NCBI GenBank assembly: GCA_002189035.1
Contig: NEEC01000013.1
Coordinates: forward strand, 1 to 64,000
Direction of reading: 5' to 3'
Source of the DNA: Utricularia gibba
Lineage: Eukaryota; Plantae; Magnoliophyta
DNA length: 64,000 bases
Both the position numbers and the translations under genes were made by a program. Within the stretch, counting starts at the first letter, position 1, and the number at the start of each line of letters is the position of its first letter. Shown in pieces: positions 51,838 to 63,662 of this stretch. The notes below the pieces were generated by a model. That model worked only from the letters and a program-made list of their open reading frames with translations. It was not told the DNA's origin and searched no databases.

Positions 51838-52680
51838 ATGTCGAGCTCTAATAACCCTGCAGAAGAATCAAATGTTATGGATGTTCGTTTTGTACTTAAT
51901 GCAATGCAAAGTGAGTTCAGGAGATTGCAAAGATGCATGGAACAAATCCACATCAAACTAGAGGACCATGATGAATCTCTCAAGAACATAAAAAAGCAAG
52001 AAGAGGACAGTGTCTCCCATGGAAGAACAAGAGTTCCAACACACCATAGCAGAAGGAATTCTCAACAAGAAAAAGATTCGGAATCTGAGGCTGAAGAGGC
52101 AAAGCATGGTGAACAAAGGAGAAACAATAACAACATCCATGATGAGTATGATTCATCTGGTGGTGATGATATAGAACGAAGATCTCAAAGAAATTGGAGG
52201 CCAAATTGTTATGCAAGATATGACGAAAGACCAAGGGGTAGATACGCACGTCAATATAAGGAATTTGATAACATCAAAATGCAAATCCCTCCTTTTCAAG
52301 GGAAAAATGATCCAAATGCCTACTTGGAGTGGGAGACTCGTGTGGAGCACGTGTTTGATAACTATTCTGAAGTCAAGAAGATCAAGCTTGTTGTTGTTGA
52401 GTTTACAGATTATGCCATAACTTGATGGGATAAAATAGTACTCAACAAAAGACAAAATGATGAAGAACCAATTCAAACTTTGGCTGAAATGAAGAGGATC
52501 ATGAGAAAAAGGTTCATTCCCAGCCACTACCAAAGATATCAACACCAAAACTTGCAGAAGCTCACACAAGGGAGCAAAACCGTGGAAGAATATTGGCAAG
52601 AAATGGAAGTGTTAATGATTCGAGCCAATATAACAGAGGATAGGGAAGGTACAATGGCAAGATTCCTCTATGGTTTCAAC
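51838..52680 (+). pseudogene. gag: CRM-3 gag fragment
   Basis: ORFs 51721..52425 and 52480.. separated by an in-frame TGA at a Trp position; homologous to CRM-1 gag but clearly diverged. Confidence 0.85.
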
Positions 52681-54572
52681 ATGCTCAATCAGACGATGAT
52701 CAAGGCATTAGGTTATAGGGGAAACTATCGTGTTGCGCACACGACTTTACCTATCGCTTACCCAAGTGATCTCTCTGTCTTCGTGTGTAGTCGAAGTAAA
52801 AGGTATCTAGAGGACATGTATTGGAGTGGCGAAAAGGATTTAGTATGCATGTTGCAAGGCGTGATCTACTTCCTAAGCAATACCAACACCTTAGGGTCAG
52901 GTTGTGCTTGCTTATGTAGCGAAATGAATGTTGGGTGTGAGAGCTGCGCGGGGTATCTGTAGACTCGTCCAAAGGAGAAGGATGGGAAGTCCAGTTGGAT
53001 GGATTATGAAGAACGTGACCCTCTTCTTTGCAAAGGGTAGTGCGAAAATGGTGTTTTCCATAAAGAGTGGATCCCGTGAGGGTCGAATTCCTAAGGAGAG
53101 GTTGTCGTTCGTTTCGCAGTCAATGTGGATTCGAAGGACAAGTGATCTGTGGTTGCGTTATAGTGTTGGGGTTAGGAGTCGTGGCCCTTTTCATCCATGA
53201 TCGATATGATCCTCGGCACTCTATTTCTCACTTCTCTGCAAATCATGTCAACACAAAGATGGCTTACTTGCTTTGCTATGTGTTTTGGTTTAGGAAGGTC
53301 TTCCCTAAACCGCATGGTTGACGGTGTTCTACCCCTAAACCTATGGTGGCATAGCGACTTTCGTGTTGAAAAATTCTCCAGATCTAGTTTGAAGTCATCT
53401 AGAGGCTGGATCCTGAATCCAACTTTGTTTGTGATTCAGTCAAGGTCGCGAGGTGGGTAGCTTGAGGATTGGACATGACCTCAAGTGTTTATAACGTACT
53501 ACAACCATGCCATGTTACAATGATCATGTGCACTTATGTTGTGTAGTAAGGCTATATTAGAAGATTGGTGGGACCTCATGTTATAGGAATTTGATTCAAT
53601 GATGGCACATTGTACATGGGTTTGGTTTTCGAGAAGACGAATGAGAAATGGAGCCCCATTATGAAGAGCATTGCGAATAAAGTCATCAACACGATAGCTA
53701 CTCTATAGAGTGAATTGACAATTGCAATTCCTATTGTTGCCATCATAGGTGGTTGGAGATTGGTTCAGTGGATGGAGGCTCATAGGACACATTCTAATGT
53801 CCATTGTCTGTTGGCTGAGTTTACAGAACGACATAACACCCTAAAACGAGTCACAATGGTGCACCATTATGCACAAGGAAGTGAACTCGTGACTCCTTTG
53901 AGTACGTCTCACCGTGTTAGCATGGATTTAACAAGAGGAAGCCACATGATAAACAAGGCAGTATGGGATCCTGTTGGTGTGTTTGCTCAAGTTATAACTC
54001 ACGGTGTACTCCCTTGGTATCGTTTGACAATACATAAATGCTGAAATACTTGGTTAGAGCCAATGGGATGGACTTTATGGTGCTTAGGACTAGTGCATCA
54101 GTGCTGGTGAAGTCTCCATGCATCCCCATGTATTAAAACGGCAGCATCAACACGACACCAGTCTAATTCTCCCATCCATGCATTAAGAAGTTCAAAACAC
54201 ATCCACATCACAATAAAAGTAGTGATGACTGTCGAGTAGGGGAGAAAAGGAAGGAGGTAGTGTTCATGGATTCGAACGTCTAGATGTCCATGAGACTTCC
54301 ATACTAGAGTCCAACATTCAACAGAATGATGTCCATGCTTGAAAGAAGATGACTACGCATTGTGCTTTATACGTTGGATCGCACATGTTTGAAAGAGGGG
54401 ATGGAACAGTGGCATCCCTACTAAAGTCACACGAGCAACATGGCCATTCAAACAATGGTGAAGGCATTCAACTACTAGGGAAACTAGTATGTTGTACACA
54501 CAACCTTTACCAAATTCTTTCCTAAGTGATCTTTCTATCTTCATGTGCACTCAGAGTAAGAGGCATGAAGAT

Positions 54573-56022
54573 TGTTGGTATATGTGTTCTAGAGACAATC
54601 AACTCATTGGCAAATCTTATCTTTTGATGTTTATATTGAATCGTGATCAAGTTTACATCTTTGATAAAATCCTCTACTTGATCTATGTGCTATAGAAATT
54701 ATGATGAGATCATAACGTGAGATTCTTCAAGCACTCATGATCAAGTTAAAAACTCCCTGGCTAGAGTGTTTGTGAAATGAGGATATCACAAATACGGATA
54801 AGCTGGCACACTTTGAGTTCCCTAAATTGTTTAGGCAATGGTTCTCACAATTGACGTAATGAGATTACTAGAACCTATGTGTGGGTGTCGATTAGAGAAT
54901 CGATTCACTAGATGACTCATCTTCGAGATGCTACTATGGGAAGCTAACCAAGTGTCAGTAGCAAGATCTCGAATATGGCAGCCGTGCAAGTAAGCTTAGA
55001 CTTGAGGTCAACAAAGTTATCTTGGTCTTAAGCTCACATTTTTGCTCATTACTAATGGGAGCCTAACCATGGCTTGCCTAGTATGGATGAGTAGGGATGT
55101 GACTCCTTAAGGTTGGAGATAGTTAATTGATCAATAAAGGATTCATCACTCATGTTAGCGATCAGATCATATCTCAAGTAATTGCATCAAAGCCTAACAG
55201 TAAGTCCTGGGCCCAAGATAATGACACTCGAATTGTTTGAGTAAGTCATTGAGTGTTAGTGCTTGAATGCAATTATAAGTTCGATACATCAGAAAGACAC
55301 ACACCCATGTTCTAGTATCGAATGAGATATAAGTATGATGAAAGCTGTTCATTGCGTGGTGGCTGGTCATGGAAAGGCTCAATGAGTTCACCTGATTATT
55401 CTTACATCTTGGGGATCATGATATGTTGCTAGACATCACTCATGATCGATAATGATGGATTTGATTAATTAAGAGTTAATTAATAAATCCATTATTACGG
55501 CCTTGATTGAAGATGCCTATAGGGTCACATACAATAGTGAAGTCACTCATCGATATAAAATAGAATGACACAATTAAATGAGATGTAATTGGTAAAGTGG
55601 ATAAATTAAATAGAGAGATATTTTGAGATTAATACTGATTAAAATCAAAATAAAAGATCTCATGTAGATATGATTTGAGATGTCACAAAATATCTATCAA
55701 AAAGATTTAGATCTTGAGATCTCCTCGAAGGTCTTCGTGCTCTCTGAGACTGATCCACAAGGAGGCGTTTTTCTCTACTAGCACCTGAGAAATTCGACCA
55801 GCATTCAAGAGCCTTGAGAAGGTTATCGACGGAGTGCTCCATGTGTGGATACCATAGAGGCCGTCTGCTATTGACGGTTCGTGAACAACGGAGTCATCTG
55901 AAAGGTAATTTAGAATCCCTTTGTATAATGTATACCGTATTCCAAGATCTGTGTTGGGGGTTTCGCAAAAATTTTAAAATTCCGCTGCTTTTTAGACATA
56001 CGATGTCTATGAGAAACCAACA
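54573..56022 (+). mobile_element. Angela-type LTR, near full length
   Basis: TGTTGGTATATGTGTTCTAGAGAC...GAGAAACCAACA, homologous to 29435-30925. Confidence 0.92.
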
Positions 56023-56790
56023 CCATGTTCTGGTATCGAATGAGATATAAGTATGATGAAAATTGTTCATTGCATAGTGGTTGGTCATGGAAAGGCTCAA
56101 TCAGTTTACCTGATTATTCTTTAATCTTGGGGATCATGATATGTTTCTAAACATTACTAATGATCGATAATGATGGATTTGATTAATTAAGAGTTAATTA
56201 ATAAATCCATTATTATGGCCTTGATTGAAGAAGCCTATAGGGTCACACACAATAATGGAGTCACTCATCGATATAAATAGAATGACACAATTACATGAGA
56301 TGTAATTGGTAAAGTGGATAAAATAAATAGAGAGTTATTTTCAGATTAATATTAATTAAACTCAAAATAAAAGATCTGATATAGATAAGATTTGAAACAT
56401 ATATATATCTCCACAAGATAAGATCTTTACGGAGATTGGATTTGATATGTTACCAAATATCTATCAAAAGATTTAGATCGACAGATCTGCTTCTAACATC
56501 TTCGTGCCCTTTGAGAATGATCCACAAGAGGGCGATTTCATCTACTAGCACCTGAGAAGATCGACTAGCATTCTACAGCTTTGAGAAAGTTATCGACGGA
56601 GTGCTTCACGTGTGGATACCATAGCGGCCATCTACTATTGACGGTTGGTGAACAACGGAGTCCTCTAAAAGATATTTTCAGCATCTCTTAGTCTGACATA
56701 TGCCGTATTCCAAGATCTACGTTGGGAGTTTCTTGAAAATTTTTTAAATTCCGCTGCTTTTCTGACATGCGATGTCTAGAAGAAACCGTA
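56023..56790 (+). mobile_element. 3' half of a second Angela-type LTR in tandem
   Basis: Starts at LTR-internal CCATGTTCTGGTATCGAATG and runs to a degenerate end GATGTCTAGAAGAAACC. Satellite resumes with TAGAT, against AAGAT before 54573. Confidence 0.85.
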
Positions 56791-58441
56791 TAGATGACTG
56801 GCATTGGAGTTGCGAAAAGGATGTGCTATGCATGTTGCAAGGCATAATCTACTTCATAAGCAATACCATCACCTTAGGGTACGCTTTTGCTTCCTCATAT
56901 AACGAAATGAATGTAGGGTGTGAGAGCTGCGAGCAGTATCTATAGACTCATCCAAAAAAGAAGGATTTGAAGTCTAGCTGAATGGATTATGAGGAGCATT
57001 ACTCTCTTCTATGCAAAGGCCAATGCAAAAATGGTGTTTTCCATTAGAAGTGGATGCCATGAGGGTTGAATTCCTAAGGAGAGCTGCCTATTCGTTCCGT
57101 GGTCAATGGGGATTCGAAGGACAAGTGGTCCATGGTTGAGTTATGGGGTTGGAGTTACGATTTGTGGCCCTTTGGATCCACGATCGATATGTGCTTCAGA
57201 ACTCTATGACTCACTTCTTGGCGAATCATGTCAACACAAAGATAGCTTAAAACGGCATCATCAACATGACACTAGTCTAATTCTCCTATCCATGCGTAAA
57301 GATATTCAAAACACCTTCACATTACGATAAAACTAGCAATACATGTTCAATAGTGGAGAAAAGGTAGAAGGTAGTGCGCATGGATGTCAACGCCTCGAAG
57401 ACAATGGGAGTTCAATATTGGAGACCAGCAACCGACAGAATGGTGTCTATGTCTTCAAGAAGACAATCACGCATTGTGCTTTATATGGTTGATCGCACAT
57501 GTTTAAAAGAGAGAATGGAACAGTTACATCCCTACTACGGTCGCACGGGCAACATGCTCAATCAGATGATGGTGAAGGCATTAGGTTTCTAGGGAAACCA
57601 GCATGTTGCACACACGCCTTTACCTATTGCTTACCCAAGTGATCTCTCTATCTTCGTGTGCAGTCAGAGTAAAAGGCATGTAGAGGAGGGGCATTGGAGT
57701 CGCGAAAAGGATGTGGTATGCATGTTGAAAGGTGTAATCTACTTCGTAAGCAATACCAACACCTTAGGGTCAGCTTGTGCTTTCTCATATAACGAAATGA
57801 ATGTTGGGCATGCGACGTTCACGTGGTATTTGTAGACTCATCTGAAAAAGAAGGATGAGAAGTCCAACTAGATGGATTATGAGGAACATTACCCTCTTCT
57901 TTTCAAAGGGTAGTGCGAAAATGGTGTTCTCCATCATCAGTGGGTGCCAAGAGGGTCGAATTCCTAATGACAGGTGCCCATTCATTCCGTGGTCAATGTG
58001 GATTCGATGGACAAGCGGTCTGTGGTCAAGTTATGGGGTTGGGGTTAGGATTGGTGGCCCTTTCAATGCACAATTGATATGTTCTTCAGCACTCTAAGGC
58101 TCACTTCTCGACGAATCATGTCAACACAAAGATGCCTTATGTGTGTTATAGTGTATTTGAGTTTACGAAGGTCTCTCATGAACAGCATGGTTGACAGTGT
58201 TTTACCCCAAAACCCTATGGTGGCATGGCCACTTTCGTTTTGAAACAATCTCTATATAAGGGTGGGAGTGATCTAGAGGTTGGATCCCGCATCCAACGTC
58301 GTTGATGATTTAGTCAAGCTTGTGAGGCGGGTGGATTTGGGATTTGACATGACCGTGAGTGTGTAAAATATCCTACAAGCATGCCATGTTATACTGATCA
58401 TGTGCACTTATTTTTTCTAGTAGGCTATGTTAGAAGATTGG

Positions 58442-59950
58442 GTTCTGGCACGCCATACATGGGGTTGGTGATGTGGGCCTCACTCCAAGGATCCAACCCA
58501 CCACTTTCAAGAAAAAGAACAAGCCCAACCCAAGTGCAGAAGCTTAAGGCGCATAACCTATCCCCGATGCGAGTTTGGAACTGAATGAGTACTCAGGGCC
58601 TGGAGGCTACCGGAGTGCGGGCTAGAGGCTGCTCTCTTCCATATTTCTATTTTGTTGCTACTCTCTTTAATGAGCAGCTTTTGCTGAACTTTGTTTTTTT
58701 GCTACTTTCTTCGTTTTGTACAAACTGGGTCCAATAATCCATTCTCAATGTAAAGCCTTATCTTCTTTGGTGCTAGAAGGAGGGCTGATAACACATATTT
58801 TTGAGTGAGTCAATGCATGGAATTTACTCACTTTGTGCTACAAATATTATGTTTTATTGTCTAGTTCTATATTTTTGCACCTAAGTACCGTAGTAGTACC
58901 AATTTAGTCTTAGTTGGGACTAAATCGCAGATTTAGTCCTAACCTTCTAATAGTTTTATTTGAGTAATGCAATGTAGGTCGCAACACAAATCCCAAGGAG
59001 CCGAATATGCACAGTGTAGTGACAGAAGATGAGTCCAAAAGTCTGCAAATTGGTACACACAAAATCCAAGGAGGACAAAAGGGAGATTTTGGACAAAAGG
59101 AGGGAAGGTTGGAGAGAGAAGGCAGATCTCCCATTGGAGACTCACGACAAGTTTCTGGAGATTTTTCTGGAGGAAGGAGGAGGAGGGGAACGACGAACCA
59201 GAAGAACACAGCTTCTCTTGATAATTTATTTTCGTTCTTGACGTTTACTGTTCCTAGCTAAGACTAGATTTGGATTTCCTGCGTGAACAAATAGTCTTTC
59301 CCACTTCTGCTGGATATTGCTCGTTGTTGTTTAGCTTTAAAGCAAGGATGCTGTTTAGGATATGCTATGAAAACGTTTTCCTTTACCTTATCATGAGTGG
59401 CTAAGCACTTGGGGGGGGTGCCTTGGGGTGAAAAGGGGAGAAATATGCTAATCCATCCTTAGATCTAATAAACCATAAGTCACACAATTTCCTTAACAAA
59501 CCAGGAGGGGGAAGTAGTGAAAGCCAACTTAACAACCCTGATTAGAGGTAGACCAAAGATTAGGGGGAAAAACAAGAATCCGGGTAGACCTAGATCTTGT
59601 GAGTTAATTGTTTGATTTATGATTTATGTGAGCTTGATTAGTGATAGGCATACATTCCCTAGGAGTCCCAAGGCATCACCCATTCGATTCCAAAAACTAC
59701 CGAATCCCAAAACTTGTTACCTTTCTTACTGCATTCCATCGTAGTCCCGTTTTATTCTTAGCTAAGACCAATTTTTCCAACGTGACACTGATTTCATGCA
59801 TTAACTTTCACATAGCAAGCACCTGCTCTTCGTGTTCGACCCTAATCACTATGCTCATAATTGTTTTATGCTTGAATGTGTGTTAGGTTATAAATTTATT
59901 TGATAAGAGAAATTTGCATTTAACGACATTGCATAATTTTTCATTTATCA
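58442..59950 (+). mobile_element. 3' end of a Ty3/gypsy element: internal remnant, PPT and ~1165-bp LTR, Athila-like
   Basis: Purine tract AGAAGGAGGG (58775-58784) followed by TGATAA (58786) ... TTATCA (59950); contains ATGAGTGGCTAA and CTTCGTGTTCGACCC motifs typical of Athila-type LTRs. The lineage call is motif-based only. Confidence 0.55.
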
Positions 59951-60332
59951 CTAGCCAGGGAGTTTTTAACTTGAACATAAATGCTTGAAGAATCTCACAT
60001 TATGATCTCATCATAATTTCAATAGCACAGAGATCAAGTAGAAGATTTTATCAATGATGTAAACTTGATCACAATTCAAAGTAAATTGCCTAAATAATTT
60101 ACAGAACTCAACATGTGTCAACTTAGCCACTTTTGTGATATCCTCATTTCACAATATTTTAACCAGAGAATTTTTAACTTGAATATAAATACTTGAAGAA
60201 TTTCACATTATGATCTCATCATAATTTCTACACCATATAGATAAAGTAAAAGATTTTATTAGTAATATGAATTTGATTATAATTCAAAGTAATATAAAAA
60301 AGTTGATTGTTTCTAGAACACATACACCAATA
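59951..60332 (-). mobile_element. Two tandem fragments of the 5' end of the Angela-type LTR
   Basis: 59951-60086 and 60087-60332 both match the reverse complement of 29435-29700; the right end is TTCTAGAACACATACACCAATA. Confidence 0.8.
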
Positions 60333-61395
60333 GCAGCCACATAGTAGGAGCAGCATAAAAACAGAAGACAATGAGTGCACGTTCATCATAGCAATCTGCA
60401 AGTCAGGGGTTGGAGTAGCAATGCTATCAAAGACTGCTTGGAGAGAGAAGGAAGAAAATATTTTTTTCGGGGGGGGGGGGGGGGGTAGGGGAGAGAGAGA
60501 GAAAGCAAGAGAGAGCTTCAAAACCGAACCAAAAAAGAAGAAGAATGAGTTTTTTTGGAAGAACACTCCCATCCTCAAGGTCACACCAAGACCCAATTCA
60601 ATGCTACTGTTCCGGGCTGTAAACAGTAGTAGATGGGAATTGGAACTATTTCTACTTTACTTTCGTTTGTTCAACGTTTTTATTTTCTTTGACTGACTTG
60701 CTCAAAATGTCCTTGATATTTTTGTTACTTTATCTTAATGATATCATGTTTTATCCTCCACATATGAGTAGCTAAACTTAGGAGATGGCTTAAGGTGTAG
60801 AATGGTGATGTGGGGCTAGAGTTCATAACACAATTGATCATTATTTCTTAGCTTTTGTTTCTATCATTCCTTGGGTAGACCAACAAATCAAGGTGAGGAT
60901 AAAAGGTGTTAGACCTTGGTAGAACCAATAGAGCCGAGTAGACCTTGTTCTACATATTTCGCACATGGGTAGATCTAAATGTGGGATGGATGATAAAATC
61001 AGGGGCTATGTTAATCAAAAACATGAGAAATAACCTGGGTAGACTTAATTTGTTTGGAGTTGTGAGTATAGAACCATTGTAAATTAAATTAGGAATCTTA
61101 ACACCATATCACCTGCATCTTCTTAAAGCATCTTAGTGTTACTTTGTACTAGAACCAATATTTTTTACTCTCAGTATTGAGTCTTGATATTGTTTACTGA
61201 ACTTGCCTACTACTGTTAGTTTGAGGTTAGACTAAGAGTGAACTCAACCTATGATTTTGCATCTAAGAAAACACTTTGCAAGCACTTGCTTCTTGATAGA
61301 CCTCGAAATCTATACAAGTTTTCTGAATTTGTATTTTGTGTAGATTAGGGATTATAAATTTATTTGATACAAAGATTTCCTCTTTTGAAATGACA
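60333..61395 (+). mobile_element. LTR-like fragment related to 58786-59950
   Basis: Shares ATGAGT(A/G)GCTAA, GGTAGACC and TTATAAATTTATTTGATA blocks in the same order; boundaries uncertain. Confidence 0.4.
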
Positions 61396-61625
61396 AAGAA
61401 ATATTCATTACTCCACTACGCTTTCATCATAGGAATAACTTTGTTCCTTAGCTTCCTCTCTTGCCTATTTAATATCCTAATAGGTACTTCCTTGTAAGTC
61501 AAATTCTCCGTAAGACTTTCGAGCACTTTCTCCATAATGTCCCTTGAGGTGTCCATACACTTCTTGAGTTGAGACACATGAAACACAGTGTGATCCTTTG
61601 CACTCCAATGGGTAATCTTAGCTTG
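61396..61625 (-). pseudogene. Ty3/gypsy (Tekay/Del-like) integrase C-terminus and start of chromodomain
   Basis: Minus-strand HTVFHVSQLKKC ... PIRIL.RQERKLRNKVIP motifs. Confidence 0.7.
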
Positions 61626-61689
61626 TATGATATTGATGAGGAGATATTGGTGTAATTTGAGATATTACTCTTTTAATTTCCTCACTCAC

Positions 61690-62090
61690 TCTTTGTTGTA
61701 TATGGATGCTTCCAAACAAGAACTTGGATGTGTGCTGATGCAAGCTGATAGAGTAATTTCTTATGCTTCTGGGAAATTAAAACACCATAAGTTGAATTAC
61801 CCTACACATGACTTGGAATTGGCTGAAGTTGTCTTCGCTTTGAGAATCTTGAGGCAATACTTGTATAGTGCAAAATGTTAGTTATATGCCGACCACAAGT
61901 CATTGAAATACTTGTTTACACAAAAGGTGTTGAACATGAGATAGAGGAAACGACTTGAACTAATAAAGGATTATGATCTTGATATGAACTATCAGTCTAG
62001 AAAGAGAAATGTGGTTGCTGATGCATTAAGTAGGAGGAATCAAGGATTGATGAGCAGTATGCTAGTCAACAAATTTTAGAAGTTAAGTAT
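61690..62090 (+). pseudogene. Ty3/gypsy (Tekay-like) RNase H fragment
   Basis: [56 protein letters not shown], with stops. Confidence 0.85.
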
Positions 62091-62279
62091 AGAAGTAATT
62101 GAGTCTACTGAGACGATGATAGTTGCTATATTAGCAACTCTAAACATTTTTGATGATGCACAAGAACCCTATCTGATGAGAAGCTTACTGGCACTCCATA
62201 CAACATCACTATTTCGTCAATGTAAAGTTTTGCTAGTTGATCCAAGGGGTTAGTAGACTTTACAAGAAGAAAATGAGCT

Positions 62280-62750
62280 ACTCAAATCACCCATGTCACA
62301 TCCTTTTTTGTCGGTGTTTTTGAAAGGCCAACAACAAAATCCATGGTAACATGATCCCACTTCCATTCTAGTATCTCTAAATATTGTAGTTCACCTTCTG
62401 GATTTTTATGCTTAGCCTTCACCTTCTGATAGACATCCCAACATGCAACATATCTTGCAATATCCGCTTCATGGTAGGCCACCATCAATGCTTCTTTAAG
62501 TCCCTATACATTTTGTTTCTACCAGGGTGCTAAATTAGTGAGTTTTGGGAACAAACAACCTCTTCCCCTACTTAGCAAGTCCCTCAGATATTTGCAATTG
62601 TTGTTGCTTTCCTTTAGCTAGTAACTTTTTTCATTTCATAACTAATAGATCATTTTCTTGAGCTTGTTTTACCAAATCACATTATATTATCCATTTATTT
62701 TTGGGCACCCAAAACTCACAATTTTACGTCCTCCTCATTCAAGGAAAAGT
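62280..62750 (-). pseudogene. Ty3/gypsy (Tekay-like) integrase zinc-finger and core-start fragment
   Basis: HPGRNKMYRDLK, QKVKAKH, EWKWDHVTMDFVVGL (ORF 62282..62488). Confidence 0.8.
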
Positions 62751-63662
62751 TCTCATGCAAGGCCCCTAGTACATTCAAGCACATCCTCTTCCCCCCCCCC
62801 CCCCCCCCATTCGTAACCAACATGAGATATTATAACTGTCACAAGGCCCCTAGCCATACATGCTTCCCCTCTTCGACAATCATTGTCACAACCAACCCTT
62901 GCTTTCCACGATATTGTCCCCTTTAGGCACCCAGCCCCCATGCTTTTACGTTCCCCCATTATAGAGAAAGATCTTATATAAGATTAGTAAAGTCCCTCAA
63001 TTTAAGCATGTCCCCTCCCCCATCCATAATCAATGTGAGATACTAGAACCATCGTGAGGCCCCTAACCTTACATTCTTCCCCACTTAGATACTCGGAGAA
63101 AGATCAGACATGCAATCATGGCCAATCAGAAAGCACCATGTGTTTTATCAAGGTAATGACATGTGTTTCATTTGGAACAAACAAAGATGAAACATGCAGC
63201 ATGATCAATCAGAAAATGCCACGTGTTTTAATATGGCATTTGCATGTGTTTCATGTAGAATCAAAAGGTACTGTGTATTTTAATCAGTTGGTGATGTGTA
63301 TCTCGTTTAAAGGAATTACAAATAAGCATGAATAATGTTATAAAGAGAAGATAGATGAAGGGAAAAATATTGGAAAGGAGGAAAAGGGGAGGATTGAAGG
63401 GGAATATGCTGATAGAGATATCATTGAGTTTGTAGCATTGTGAACTTCAGTCTCCTAAGAGTTGTGTTGCAAAAATCACATAACTTTGCAGGCTCATATC
63501 AGAGATGTATACAAAAGAGTTGGCTTTGGAAGGAGCTGATTTAGACAAGGATAAGTGGGATGATGGGTTCTGAATGTCAGTGCTATGTTCTATGTGCAAA
63601 TTTGTGCTTACATGACTGTCTATATTGTTCATGATTTTTATGTGTTGATTGACTATGATTCA

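Larger units (their letters stand above)
50565..52680 (+). mobile_element. Truncated CRM element CRM-3 of a second family: 5' LTR, PBS, UTR and partial gag
   Basis: LTR TGATG...TATCA 50565-51129 with a degenerate CR-like stretch (GSITR*RARKNQEAL); PBS TGGTATCAGAGC 51132-51143; gag from 51838 ([18 protein letters not shown] ... ARFLYG) fused to satellite at 52681. Confidence 0.85.
52681..58441 (+). repeat. Relic, diverged tandem array of the long (~1.76-kb) satellite monomer, ~2.5 units, interrupted by LTRs
   Basis: Marker (C)AACATG(C/G)YCAWTCA recurs at 52681, 54440 and 57554. The first unit is 1759 bp; the second is split by 54573-56790 and has an ~860-bp deletion at ~57247; the third is truncated at ~58441. 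Confidence 0.88.

Noticed and set aside
52480-52962. 160-aa ORF fusing gag to unknown sequence
   Set aside because: Read-through of truncated CRM-3 gag into satellite DNA across a deletion junction; no evidence of function.
63355-63420. Purine-rich GGAAAAGGGGGAGG as the PPT of another element
   Set aside because: No clear TG-starting LTR follows and no matching coding region precedes it; not supportable.
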